Below, piece after piece: positions 36,255 through 46,263 of a stretch of 64,000 nucleotides of DNA (positions are counted from its first letter, which is position 1; each line of letters begins with the position of its first letter). This stretch comes from Bacteroidales bacterium. GTDB lineage: Bacteria; Bacteroidota; Bacteroidia; Bacteroidales; GWA2-32-17. The notes beneath the pieces are model-generated. The model was given only the letters and a program-made list of their open reading frames with translations, had not been told where the DNA came from and made no database searches. A program made the position numbers and the translations under genes. The stretch is taken from contig JAOADU010000021.1 of NCBI GenBank assembly GCA_026417155.1, positions 521 through 64,520 on the forward strand. The letters run 5' to 3'.

Positions 36255-37070
36255 TTTTCGCATCATAATACCCGACATCATTCTCCCTGTCATACCGTAT
36301 TTACTATTTCTAGCCGAAAAAAACAGGTGTGGATTACAATGTGTACATAAATCACAAACATCTATATTTTCTATCGGAACTCCTACTTGTTGAGCATCAT
36401 AAATAATCGCTTTATTTAGATCTAAAATATATGATTTTTCATTTTTCGTAAAAAAATGATTACCAATTTCTCCATACGAAGTAAAAAATTCTTGTTGTAC
36501 ATCTTCGCCTACTTCATAACAACATTTTTTAATGGAAGGTCCAATGGCTATAATTATTGTTTTGGGATTGCTTCCTAAATAAATCAATTCTTGTAAAATT
36601 TTTAAAGTTATCCGCTTTGCCGTTCCTCTCCAACCCGAATGAGCTATTGCTGCTATTCGCTGTATCGGATCGAAAAAAAACACTGGTACACAATCGGCTG
36701 TTAATACACAAGCACAAATTTCCGATTCGGTTATAATATAACCATCATTATTTTTAATGGCATCGGATTTTGTAAATACACCTCTTCCTGCTTCTGTTTT
36801 ATTCAAAAAGTGTATATTACAACTATGGGTTTGTCTGGAAAATACGAATTGATGAAAATTGATATTTAACGCACTTGCTAACTGTTTTCTGTTTTCTATA
36901 ACTTTTTGATAATCATCTGTTTCAACAAATCCCATATTTAATGAAGCCTGTGGATGAGCACTCACTCCGCCTAACCGCAAAGTAGAAAAGTGTACTAATT
37001 CATTGAAACTCGATAATTTGGGAAATTCTATCCATGCAATTCTTCCTTTCCGTCTAACAACAAAACCCAT
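36252..37070 (-). CDS. pgeF: Peptidoglycan editing factor PgeF / YfiH (DUF152, laccase-domain) family protein
   Basis: LTADCVPVFFFDP, AIAHSGWRGT and CTHCNPHLFFSAR (the C-x-x-C...F[FY]S-x-R end) are typical of YfiH/PgeF. Confidence 0.85.
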   Translation of the reverse strand: MGFVVRRKGRIAWIEFPKLSSFNELVHFSTLRLGGVSAHPQASLNMGFVETDDYQKVIENRKQLASALNINFHQFVFSRQTHSCNIHFLNKTEAGRGVFTKSDAIKNNDGYIITESEICACVLTADCVPVFFFDPIQRIAAIAHSGWRGTAKRITLKILQELIYLGSNPKTIIIAIGPSIKKCCYEVGEDVQQEFFTSYGEIGNHFFTKNEKSYILDLNKAIIYDAQQVGVPIENIDVCDLCTHCNPHLFFSARNSKYGMTGRMMSGIMMRK

Positions 37071-37118
37071 TGTTATTTAATGAATCAAGTTAAACAAATA
37101 AGGTTTTGTTTGCATGTT

Positions 37119-40100
37119 TTAGTAGATTACGGTTACAGGACCAGTTTTAATACGTAATTGATCGTTATTGTCTTTAAATTTAGCCATCCATGTATATGTG
37201 CCTGGTGGAACTATTTCACTACCACCTTTTATTCTTCCATCCCAAACTTTTTCGATATTCGTTGTTTCGAAAATAACTTCACCCCAGCGATCGTAAACAA
37301 TTAAATGGAATGTTTCAAAATTGATATTTGTTGCATAAACTCGCCATACTTCATTTTTACCGTCATTATCAGGACTAAAAGCAGTAGGTGCATAAAACGT
37401 ATAATCGCTAATTACACGTATAATTTGCCAAGAAGTATCAACGCAACCATGTTGGCTTATTGCTACTAAATATACATTATATTCTGCAGGCACAGGTGGA
37501 TATAAATGATATGGACTTTCGAGTGATGAAGAATCTCCATCTCCAAAGTTCCAATAATACGAAACCGCACCGGTTGATAAGTTAATGAAATGTACATTCG
37601 TATTGAGCATATTTACCGTTAATGGATCGGTAATAAATTTTGATTCTGGCAAGGGATATACTTTAATTAAATTGGGAATGATTTGTTGTGTTTTGCAGCC
37701 ATGCTCATTCATAGTAGTTAAGCTCACTGTATATTCACCTGGCAAATTGTACCAATGTACAGGATTTTTCAGGTTACTTATGTTAGAGGAATTTGGGTCG
37801 CCAAAATTCCATATATACGTTTGTCCTTCATCGGGCGATGATTCGTAAAACTGTACCATTAATGGCACACAACCCGACGTTGGGTGAGCCTGAATGTTAT
37901 TTGGCGGCGAAGGTATTACACTTACATAAAATGTGAAATAGATAGGCGGAGTATTACAATTATCTTCTACTTTAATAATATATCCAGAAGATATTTCGGG
38001 ATACATTGTATAGGGGAGAGTTATATTTGCTGTATCATTTAGGGTAATTGTATAGTTTCCGTTACCACCGTTAATAAATCCAGTAAATGTTAATGGTTCG
38101 CCCACACATAATGTCGAATCGTTAATTTGAATATTTCCCGATAACGGTGGACGAACTTGTACCGTAGTAGAGCTTACAGATATACACCCTCTTGTATCAG
38201 TTACTGTTACAGAATAATTTGTATTTACAGTAGGCCAAACATTAATTGTTGTATCGTGTGAGCCAGTATTCCAGGTAAAAGTATAACCCGGAGTTCCACC
38301 CGTAGCCGATACATATAAATGGGCTGTATCATTTATACAGATTACAACATTTTGTGTAATAGATGCATACAATTTTTGTGGTTCTCTGACTAATGCCGAA
38401 TCCACAATGGTACAACCATGGCTATCGGTTACAGTTACAAAATAATAACCTGCTGGTAAATAATTAATATCTTCAGTTGAAGCACCATTACTCCATAATA
38501 CTTGATAGGGGGGAACTCCTCCAGAAATTGTTAAATTAATTGCACCATTTATTTCACCAAAACATCTTACATCAGTTACAGAGAGTTGTATGCTTACATA
38601 AGTAGGCGGTTCATTCACTACCATTTGATAGGTTTCGGTACATCCATTGTAATCTGTTATTGTAACGGAGTAATTCCCCGCAGGGATATTATTCAAATCT
38701 TGGGTTGTTTGTCCACTATTCCATTGATAACTATAAGGTGGCGTACCACCTGTAGGTGATAAATCAATAACACCTGTATGATAACCATGGCATAAAACAT
38801 CGGTTACAGCATATGTTGCTGTAAGAGGTGCAAATGGTTGATTGATAAATGTTGATGCATATGCAACACAACCATTCGCATCGGTAATTGTAACAGAATA
38901 CGTTCCTGTAGGAATATTGTTCAAATCTTCGCTTGTAGAACCTGTATTCCAAAGATAAGTATATGGAGGCGTACCACCTGCCACAATTAAATTAGCACTT
39001 CCATTTGACAAACCATAGCATGTTACATGTGTTGGCATAATAAAGCCTGCCAATAAGGGAGGTTCATTAACCGTTTCGGTTAATGTAATTGTACAACCAT
39101 TTGCATCGGTTACTGTTACTGTATAAGTTCCTGCTGGTATATTTGATAAATCCTGCAAAGTAGATCCATTAGACCAAAGATATGTATATGGTGGAACACC
39201 ATCGAAGGCTGATATAGCAATATAGCCATTTGTTCCGCCAAAACAAGTAACATGTTGTACAGAGTCTAAAGTAACACCCACATACGTTGGTGGTTCTGTA
39301 ATAGTTGTGCTATCAACTTTAGGACATCCAACCGCATCAACAACTGATAGTGTATATGTTCCTGCTGGCAGATTCGTTGCATTAGGTCCATTCCCGCCTA
39401 CAGGTATCCACTGATAAGTATATGGTGGAGTTCCTCCTGTAACCTGCGAGTAAATAATTCCTGTGCTTTGTCCGTGACACAACACATGAACCGGTGTAAG
39501 GGTAATATTTATCGGTGGGTTTGTTTCAATTATCGTTGCTTGAGCTGTCTGTGAACATCCATTAGCGTCACTGATTGTTACAGAATACGTACCGCTTAAC
39601 AAATTGGAAATGGTATGAGATGTTGAATTTGTTGTTTGAACAATTCCATTAGACCATGTGTAAGTATAAGGGGGTGTTCCGTTGGCTATCGTTACGGTAA
39701 TAGATCCAATGCTGTCGCCCGCACATACATTATTTGTTTGAGTAATAGAAACTAATTGAAATTCAGGATTAGGTATCATTACAAATCCAGGGAATACCGT
39801 ATCGGCATTAAAACCTGCCATTTCCCATGTATTATTATACCAAGTTAAAGGAATGTATCCTAATGGCAAAGAGATATCAATAAGTGGTCCTATATGAAAT
39901 GTCCAATCTAAAATTTGTGGTGGTTCGGTTCCACCGCTTCCATCATCGTATTGACCTCCTGTTCCTGTGCTATCTAATAACTGACGAAGTTCTGCAAACT
40001 CTTCGCCTAATATTGCTGGCGAGCAGACTTCAATATCTTCGTCGGGTTTGTTTTCATTAGGCAACGGTAAACAAAATTCGGGTACTACTACTTCATTTTT

Positions 40101-41375
40101 AAATGGTAAATCTATCGTAATAGTAAATTCTAATGCTTGTATGATAAAACTAAATGCCATACTATCCCATACATGATTGTTGAACTGATTGTCGAGGTGT
40201 GCAGCTGCACCTATAGGCATCTGTGGCCATCCATAGCAGGGATAGCGATATTTAAGATTCATACAAGTTGGAAAAGCAATACTATCCGATACTCCTTGAT
40301 CGACTATCTGATTACCGTTATGTGGGTCTTCAACCCAATACTCTACAGGTGTAGGGAAGGTAAAAATGGTTAAAATCGTAGGAGTAAATGTCAAGTCTTG
40401 TTGTAATGTATTTGTCATTGTTAAATATGCCGACAACAAATTGTATTCAATAGTAATGATGCTGAAACTATAAGTTCCGTGTAGCATTTGTAAAAACTGT
40501 TGAATGGCCGGACCTTGTGGTGGGGGTATAAATCCTGCCAAAAAAGATAAAAATTGAATAATATCCAATTCAATATAAGCATACGTGCTATCTCCATTGG
40601 CACCTAAAATTTGATGGCAAGGATCATTTGTATTAAGCCAATCGGTTGTAGGAATGTAGGGCAACGTAATCCATCCACTCAGACCTATTCCGAATAAATT
40701 ATTAAAAGTAATGGGTAATACATCATCATGACAGATAGTAAATGGGGGAAAATTATTAGGGTCGTAACAAGGATAAGCTACTTCGCCAGTTTGTCCATTC
40801 AAATAAAAAATTGCGATAGAATCATCCGGAACATTAATGTTCATGATAGGAATTGTTGTACATCCTCCCAAACAAACATCAGCATTTAACCCTATACCAA
40901 ACCCATATTCTAAATCGAGCGACACAACTCCAGCCTGAGGAAAGTGGCTGTACAATTCCCAACCAGGTAAAACATCATAATCGGTTTTAATAGTTACTAC
41001 CTCACCCGGATTAAAGGTATAATTGTTTGGAATTTCATATGTAATTCGAACAGGATAATCAATGTCTATCCAACCCGTTGTCCATCCATACATTTCAAAT
41101 TCAGATGCAAGCAATAAGTGCAAATTCATATTAAACATAGCGCCTACATTACCTATAAGCCAAATGTTTTGCATGAAACCGAAAGACATGGAAGTGTCGA
41201 ATTGAACATTGAATAGTTCGTATGAAAAATTAAGATTAAATGGACTCCCATTAGGACCCCACATGTTTTGATTTTCGGTATGAAAAGGCACATCATGAGT
41301 AATAGTATATGTTTGGGCTTGGGCCTTTACAAAAAATAATATTAGCAATAATATGATAAATAACTTTCGATTCAT
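37119..41375 (-). CDS. Giant surface protein: unknown about 540-aa N-terminal region, 6 SprB repeats, Ig-like and 2 PKD domains, T9SS type B C-terminal domain
   Basis: Signal peptide MNRKLFIILLLILFFVKAQAQ. SprB repeats such as VCAGDSIGSITVTIANGTPPYTYTWSNG. PKD YIWNFGDPNSSNISNLKNPVHWYNLPGEYTVSL and YYWNFGDGDSSSLESPYHLY. C-terminal AFSPDNDGKNEVWRV...VYDRWGEVIFE...WDGRIKGGSEIVPPGTYTW. Confidence 0.9.
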   Translation of the reverse strand: MNRKLFIILLLILFFVKAQAQTYTITHDVPFHTENQNMWGPNGSPFNLNFSYELFNVQFDTSMSFGFMQNIWLIGNVGAMFNMNLHLLLASEFEMYGWTTGWIDIDYPVRITYEIPNNYTFNPGEVVTIKTDYDVLPGWELYSHFPQAGVVSLDLEYGFGIGLNADVCLGGCTTIPIMNINVPDDSIAIFYLNGQTGEVAYPCYDPNNFPPFTICHDDVLPITFNNLFGIGLSGWITLPYIPTTDWLNTNDPCHQILGANGDSTYAYIELDIIQFLSFLAGFIPPPQGPAIQQFLQMLHGTYSFSIITIEYNLLSAYLTMTNTLQQDLTFTPTILTIFTFPTPVEYWVEDPHNGNQIVDQGVSDSIAFPTCMNLKYRYPCYGWPQMPIGAAAHLDNQFNNHVWDSMAFSFIIQALEFTITIDLPFKNEVVVPEFCLPLPNENKPDEDIEVCSPAILGEEFAELRQLLDSTGTGGQYDDGSGGTEPPQILDWTFHIGPLIDISLPLGYIPLTWYNNTWEMAGFNADTVFPGFVMIPNPEFQLVSITQTNNVCAGDSIGSITVTIANGTPPYTYTWSNGIVQTTNSTSHTISNLLSGTYSVTISDANGCSQTAQATIIETNPPINITLTPVHVLCHGQSTGIIYSQVTGGTPPYTYQWIPVGGNGPNATNLPAGTYTLSVVDAVGCPKVDSTTITEPPTYVGVTLDSVQHVTCFGGTNGYIAISAFDGVPPYTYLWSNGSTLQDLSNIPAGTYTVTVTDANGCTITLTETVNEPPLLAGFIMPTHVTCYGLSNGSANLIVAGGTPPYTYLWNTGSTSEDLNNIPTGTYSVTITDANGCVAYASTFINQPFAPLTATYAVTDVLCHGYHTGVIDLSPTGGTPPYSYQWNSGQTTQDLNNIPAGNYSVTITDYNGCTETYQMVVNEPPTYVSIQLSVTDVRCFGEINGAINLTISGGVPPYQVLWSNGASTEDINYLPAGYYFVTVTDSHGCTIVDSALVREPQKLYASITQNVVICINDTAHLYVSATGGTPGYTFTWNTGSHDTTINVWPTVNTNYSVTVTDTRGCISVSSTTVQVRPPLSGNIQINDSTLCVGEPLTFTGFINGGNGNYTITLNDTANITLPYTMYPEISSGYIIKVEDNCNTPPIYFTFYVSVIPSPPNNIQAHPTSGCVPLMVQFYESSPDEGQTYIWNFGDPNSSNISNLKNPVHWYNLPGEYTVSLTTMNEHGCKTQQIIPNLIKVYPLPESKFITDPLTVNMLNTNVHFINLSTGAVSYYWNFGDGDSSSLESPYHLYPPVPAEYNVYLVAISQHGCVDTSWQIIRVISDYTFYAPTAFSPDNDGKNEVWRVYATNINFETFHLIVYDRWGEVIFETTNIEKVWDGRIKGGSEIVPPGTYTWMAKFKDNNDQLRIKTGPVTVIY
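38395..39740 (-). repeat. SprB-repeat array (6 units) in the 1418-aa protein
   Basis: Six consecutive about 75-aa units each containing C-x-G-x-x-x-G...GG[TV]PPY-x-[YV]-x-W. Confidence 0.85.
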
Positions 41376-41983
41376 GGTAAATCATATTTAACAGAAAGTA
41401 AGCTTTTTCTTACCATTTCATATACAAAAGGCTTTACTGCTTCGGGGTATGTTGCATTTACCCACACCGTATTATTTAAATCGCCTGTAAATAACATTAA
41501 CCGTTCGAATGGAATTTCTTTTCCTGCTTCTTTAGAGGGTAAAGAAAAAGAAATCGTTACCATTTTTGCCGGGAAGCCTGCAGTTGTTTGTACGTCTTCT
41601 ATGCTTTTTATGGTTGCATTTTGTTTAGCAATTTTTTCGTTGGTAATATTTTCAACTACTCTTGTAAAATGAAAGCCTTTAATTTCTGTACAAGTAATAG
41701 AAGTTGTTGTTGCTAAATGTATAAAGCCATTAATTCTTTCTGAATATTTATAGCTGTAAGGAGGAGCTATCCAGATTTTTGTTTGAGGAATATTCACATA
41801 AGGCAACAAAGTCTTAAATTTTAAACTATCGCCAAAATGATTTTTAAATTCTTCTTTATTGGTAATTACTTTAACAGTTTTAATATTTGAATCCTTTAAC
41901 TGAGAAGAAGGAACTATTTGTACTTTTTGAGCATGAACAATAAATGCAAGAAAAGCAAAGATTAAAACGAAATATAATTTCAT
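41372..41983 (-). CDS. Hypothetical secreted protein, translationally coupled to the 1418-aa adhesin gene
   Basis: Signal peptide MKLYFVLIFAFLAFIVHAQ. Its stop overlaps the downstream start (ATGA at 41372-41375). I recognised no motif. Confidence 0.55.
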   Translation of the reverse strand: MKLYFVLIFAFLAFIVHAQKVQIVPSSQLKDSNIKTVKVITNKEEFKNHFGDSLKFKTLLPYVNIPQTKIWIAPPYSYKYSERINGFIHLATTTSITCTEIKGFHFTRVVENITNEKIAKQNATIKSIEDVQTTAGFPAKMVTISFSLPSKEAGKEIPFERLMLFTGDLNNTVWVNATYPEAVKPFVYEMVRKSLLSVKYDLP

Positions 41984-42327
41984 ACTTTTTTCTTTTAGAC
42001 GTTATCTTTTTTTATGAGTTGCTTCACTGTTTTTATATTTTTTTAATTTATGTTTAATAAGCAATGCACAATCTAAATATGCTTCGGCTGTTTTATTACA
42101 ACAAGCATTTTTAAATTTATTTTCAAGTTCTTTAATTAATTCTATTGAAAATTGTTCTATTATATCCATTTGAATTTTTTTTTCAAAAATAAAAATTTCC
42201 TTTTTTATACGCAAAATATAACTTAACAGTTGCATAATATTTGACTTAATTTTCGAATATTTTCGTCCAACTAAAAAATATTTGGTTATTTCATTTTTTA
42301 TTTTTACATTTGACAAACTAAAACAAT

Positions 42328-42819
42328 ATGAATATGAAAACAGCCTTAGTTTTTATCATTTTTATTTTCACGTGTAGTGGTGTATTTTCGCAAAAACAAA
42401 TTGAATTTGCTATAACATGCCAAGATGGTAATCTGTTTCGCAACGATGCTAATGTTTATTCTTTTGGTCCATTCAAAATTATCGGTTTAAAAACAAAAGC
42501 CGATTTTGAACAGTTTGAAAAACAGCTAAAGAAACAATCTATTGTAACAAAATTTGAATACGTTGCTCCCGATAATGCTGATGGCACAAAAAACGCTATG
42601 TTATCTATTAATACTAACGAAGAAAATGCTATTGTTAATTTGTTTAAAGCTATCAATCTTTCTAAATTAACTGTAAACGATAGATCATTTACAATAGATC
42701 AAAAAGAAGATTTAAAAGCATATCTGCAAGAATTAAAAAACAAACATCTCGAAAAGCAAAATTTTATTCAAAATCAGCGTCGTGCTGTTCCTCAGCCAAA
42801 AAATCAAACCAATGAATAA
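42328..42819 (+). CDS. Hypothetical secreted protein
   Basis: Signal peptide MNMKTALVFIIFIFTCSGVFSQ. 163 aa, no recognisable motif. Confidence 0.5.
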   Translation: MNMKTALVFIIFIFTCSGVFSQKQIEFAITCQDGNLFRNDANVYSFGPFKIIGLKTKADFEQFEKQLKKQSIVTKFEYVAPDNADGTKNAMLSINTNEENAIVNLFKAINLSKLTVNDRSFTIDQKEDLKAYLQELKNKHLEKQNFIQNQRRAVPQPKNQTNE

Positions 42820-42836
42820 CCTAAATTCATACAACT

Positions 42837-43067
42837 ATGGGAAAAGGTGATAGAAAGTCAAGACGAGGAAAAATTACTTTGGGTAGTTATGGTGTAAGAA
42901 GACCCAGAAAAAAGAAAAAAAACAAAGTTCTTGCAAGCTCAACTTCTGAGAGTCCTAAACAATCAGAAATTACAGAAATAGCTTCAGCTACAAAAACTAA
43001 AAAAACCGTTTCTAAAAAGACAACAACTTCCAAAAAAACAAACAAAAGTGTTGAAAATAATGAATAA
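42837..43067 (+). CDS. 30S ribosomal protein THX with long Lys/Ser/Thr-rich C-terminal tail
   Basis: The N-terminus MGKGDRKSRRGKITLGSYGVRRPRKKKK matches the Thermus Thx sequence [26 protein letters not shown] almost position for position. Confidence 0.8.
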   Translation: MGKGDRKSRRGKITLGSYGVRRPRKKKKNKVLASSTSESPKQSEITEIASATKTKKTVSKKTTTSKKTNKSVENNE

Positions 43068-43096
43068 AAGCTGTCAGTTGACAGCTTTTTTTGTTT
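43067..43096 (+). terminator. Intrinsic terminator after the THX gene
   Basis: AAAGCTGTCAGTTGACAGCTTT palindromic stem followed by a T-run (TTTTTTGTTTT). Confidence 0.65.
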
Positions 43097-43127
43097 TCTA
43101 AATCATTAAATTTGCAAGCAAAAATTT

Positions 43128-44063
43128 ATGTTAAAAGCCCCTATTAAATTTTTCGCAGGTCGAGCATCGCGTTATCTTGGCGAACAAATTGCAAAAAAAT
43201 TTGGATTAGAGCTTGGAAAATCTTCCGTAACAGTCTTTAGTGATGGTGAGTTCCAACCCTCTTTCGATGAAACCGTACGTGGATGCAATGTTTTTCTTAT
43301 TCAAAGCACTTTCCCTCCTGTCGATAATCTTATGGAATTATTACTCATGGCAGATGCCGCAAAACGAGCCTCGGCATATAAAGTTATAGCCGTTATACCA
43401 TATTTTGGTTGGGCTAGGCAAGATAGAAAAGACAAACCCCGTGTTTCTATAGCAGCCAAAGTTGTTGCCGATTTGCTGCAAACATCTGGCTTTGATAGAA
43501 TAATGACCATGGATTTACATGCCGATCAAATACAAGGATTCTTTAATATCCCCGTAGATCACATTTATGCATCGGCAATTTTTGTTCCTTATATCAAATC
43601 TTTAAATTTAGATAATTTAGTTGTTGCTGCCCCTGATATGGGTGGTTCGAAAAGAGCCAATGCTTACTCACGTTTTCTTGGCTGTGAAATGGTAATTTGT
43701 TATAAACTTCGAAAACAAGCCAATATGGTTGATCATATTTCCATGATAGGCGATGTTAAAGACAAAAATGTTGTTATTCTTGATGATATGATTGACACTG
43801 CAGGAACTGTTTGCATTGCTGCCGAAATGATGATGAATAAAGGAGCCCGAAGTGTACGCGTTGTAGCAACCCACCCTATTTTATCAGGAGCTGCTTATGA
43901 ACGCATAGAACAATCGCCAATATCTGAAGTTATTGTAACCGATTCTATTCCTTTACAAAAAAATTGTTCAAAAATTAAAGTCCTCACCATTGCCGATCTT
44001 TTTGCCGATGTAATTAGTAAAGTTTATAATTATCAATCGATTAGCCCTACATTTATTGTATAA
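43128..44063 (+). CDS. prs: Ribose-phosphate pyrophosphokinase
   Basis: IPYFGWARQDRK, DLHADQIQGFF, VVILDDMIDTAGT (PRPP-binding loop). Confidence 0.95.
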   Translation: MLKAPIKFFAGRASRYLGEQIAKKFGLELGKSSVTVFSDGEFQPSFDETVRGCNVFLIQSTFPPVDNLMELLLMADAAKRASAYKVIAVIPYFGWARQDRKDKPRVSIAAKVVADLLQTSGFDRIMTMDLHADQIQGFFNIPVDHIYASAIFVPYIKSLNLDNLVVAAPDMGGSKRANAYSRFLGCEMVICYKLRKQANMVDHISMIGDVKDKNVVILDDMIDTAGTVCIAAEMMMNKGARSVRVVATHPILSGAAYERIEQSPISEVIVTDSIPLQKNCSKIKVLTIADLFADVISKVYNYQSISPTFIV

Positions 44064-46166
44064 TTAAACCAACTTAAAATCGAGATGTCTTTTTTCTAAA
44101 TTAATTTTTACAACTTCTACCGCAACCCGATCGCCTATTTTAAAGCGTTTTTTATATCGTTTGCCCACAACTTCCATTCGTTCTTCATCATATATATAAA
44201 AATCGTCATCTAGGGTTCGTAACGAAATCATACCTTCTGCTTTGTTTTCTATTAACTGAACATATATTCCCCATTCGGTAATTCCGGAAATAAATCCTTC
44301 AAACTTTTGTCCAACCTTATCTGCCATAAATTCTATTTGTTTATATTTGATAGATGCTCGTTCGGCATCGGCAGCTAATAATTCCATTTCGGTAGAATGC
44401 TTACATCGCTGCTCCCATTCATCATTCCTATTTACAAACTGTTTTTCGGTTAAGTATTTATTTAATATTCGATGTACCATTAAATCGGGATACCGCCTAA
44501 TGGGTGAAGTAAAGTGTGTATAATAATCAAAAGCTAAACCATAATGACCAATATTTTTCGTTGAATAAACAGCTTTCGCCATAGAACGAATTGCCATATT
44601 TTCAATAATATCTCGTTCGGGCTTATATTTTATTTCGTCTAACATTTTATTTATTGAACTCACAAAATGTTGCTGCGAACGTAGCGATATTTCAAAACCC
44701 CATTGTTTGGCAAAAAGCCTAAATTGTCTTAATTTTTCGGGGTCGGGTTTGTCGTGAATTCTATACACAAAAACACTTCCTTTCTTTTTGCCAAGATACT
44801 CTGCAACTTTTCGGTTGGCAAGAAGCATAAATTCTTCAATGAGTTTATTGGATTCTTTCGTTTCTTTAAAATAAACACTTAATGGTTTGCCATTTTCGTC
44901 TAATTTGAATTTAACTTCAACTTTATCAAAAGCCATAGCTCCTTTTTTCATGCGTTCTTCTCGCAACATACGTGCAAATGTTTGTAATTGCTGTAATTCT
45001 TGACAAAAATCGCCTTCCCCTTTATCTAAAATATTTTGTGCCTCCTCATACGTAAACCGACGATTACTTCTAATAATTGTTTTGCCAAACCATTCTTCTT
45101 TAATATTCATCCCTTCATCTACAACAAAAACTGCCGAGAAACAAAGCTTTTCTTCATTAGGACGCAACGAACAAACATAATTAGATAATTTTTCGGGCAA
45201 CATGGGAATTACTCTGTCAACCAAATATATTGAAGTAGCACGTTTAAATGCTTCCTTGTCTATAATAGAATTCTCGTGTACATAATAACTTACATCGGCA
45301 ATGTGAATGCCTATTTCCCATAACCCTCGTTCTAACATTCTAATTGATAATGCATCATCAAAATCTTTGGCATCTTCAGGATCTATCGTAAACGTGGTAA
45401 CTTCTCTAAAATCTCTTCGTTTAATGTATTCTTCTTTGGGAATTTCTATCGGAATTTCTTGAGCAGCATCTTCTACCTCTTTGGGGAATTTGTATGGTAA
45501 ATTAAACTCAGCTAAAATTGCATGTATTTCGGTTTGATGTTCGCCTGCAAAACCCAGTACATCTACTACTTCGCCAATAGGATTTTTGCTTCGTTCGCCC
45601 CATTCAACAATTTTCACAACAACTTTTTGACCTTGCTGAGCATTTTTTAATAGATCTTTTGGTATATAAATGTCGTAAGGATAGATTCTCGGATCTGTAA
45701 CCAAAAATGCAAATGAATGGGTAACTTCAATAGTTCCAACAATAAGTTTTTGCGATCGTTCTAATACTTCCAATACAACACCTTCAAGTATTCCTGTTTT
45801 CTTTTGAGCGAACAACCTAACTTTAACTTTATCGCCCGGTAGTGCTTTATTTAAATACCGCGGATATATTTGAATTTCCTTTCCGGTTTGCTCGTCTATT
45901 ACCGTTCCTATGCCATGGGCATTGATTTGAATATTTCCTATAATAATTCCTGTTTCAGATTTTAATCTATACTTACCTCTCGATACTTCTTCCAGTATAT
46001 CCTGCTTTGCCAATTCTTCGAGAGCATACAAGACCTCATATTTTTCTGAAACATTTGTAATTTGAAGTTGTTTGCTTACTTGCTTATAATTTAAACATCG
46101 TGTCGGATTGTTATTAAAAAATCCTTTTACTAAATTTAAAATATTTGTTCCTTTTCTTTTCGACAT
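44064..46166 (-). CDS. rnr: Ribonuclease R
   Basis: RNB catalytic region TIDPEDAKDFDDALS, ATSIYLVDRVIPMLP, HFTSPIRRYPDLMVHR. C-terminal S1 domain FEGFISGITEWGIYVQL. Confidence 0.95.
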   Translation of the reverse strand: MSKRKGTNILNLVKGFFNNNPTRCLNYKQVSKQLQITNVSEKYEVLYALEELAKQDILEEVSRGKYRLKSETGIIIGNIQINAHGIGTVIDEQTGKEIQIYPRYLNKALPGDKVKVRLFAQKKTGILEGVVLEVLERSQKLIVGTIEVTHSFAFLVTDPRIYPYDIYIPKDLLKNAQQGQKVVVKIVEWGERSKNPIGEVVDVLGFAGEHQTEIHAILAEFNLPYKFPKEVEDAAQEIPIEIPKEEYIKRRDFREVTTFTIDPEDAKDFDDALSIRMLERGLWEIGIHIADVSYYVHENSIIDKEAFKRATSIYLVDRVIPMLPEKLSNYVCSLRPNEEKLCFSAVFVVDEGMNIKEEWFGKTIIRSNRRFTYEEAQNILDKGEGDFCQELQQLQTFARMLREERMKKGAMAFDKVEVKFKLDENGKPLSVYFKETKESNKLIEEFMLLANRKVAEYLGKKKGSVFVYRIHDKPDPEKLRQFRLFAKQWGFEISLRSQQHFVSSINKMLDEIKYKPERDIIENMAIRSMAKAVYSTKNIGHYGLAFDYYTHFTSPIRRYPDLMVHRILNKYLTEKQFVNRNDEWEQRCKHSTEMELLAADAERASIKYKQIEFMADKVGQKFEGFISGITEWGIYVQLIENKAEGMISLRTLDDDFYIYDEERMEVVGKRYKKRFKIGDRVAVEVVKINLEKRHLDFKLV

Positions 46167-46263
46167 TTTTATTGCAAAGATAGATAAAATAATAAGGTAA
46201 GATAATTTTCATATTTTAGCTTTCTTTTAAACTTTAGTAACTTTAAGCAAAATTTTACAAAGA

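Noticed and set aside
36069-36260. tRNA-Val (and the tmRNA at 20346-20731) as integration sites of a mobile element.
   Set aside because: No integrase, transposase or phage-like genes flank either RNA gene. I saw no duplicated copy of the tRNA or tmRNA 3' end nearby.
36111-36350. 79-aa plus-strand ORF.
   Set aside because: It runs straight through tRNA-Val, the terminator hairpin and the antisense strand of pgeF. It is an artefact.
42002-42316. 104-aa minus-strand ORF between the adhesin operon and the 163-aa gene.
   Set aside because: It is Lys-rich and low-complexity, with no signal peptide or motif, and several internal Met could equally be starts. This is not enough support to call it a gene, though it may be a small protein.
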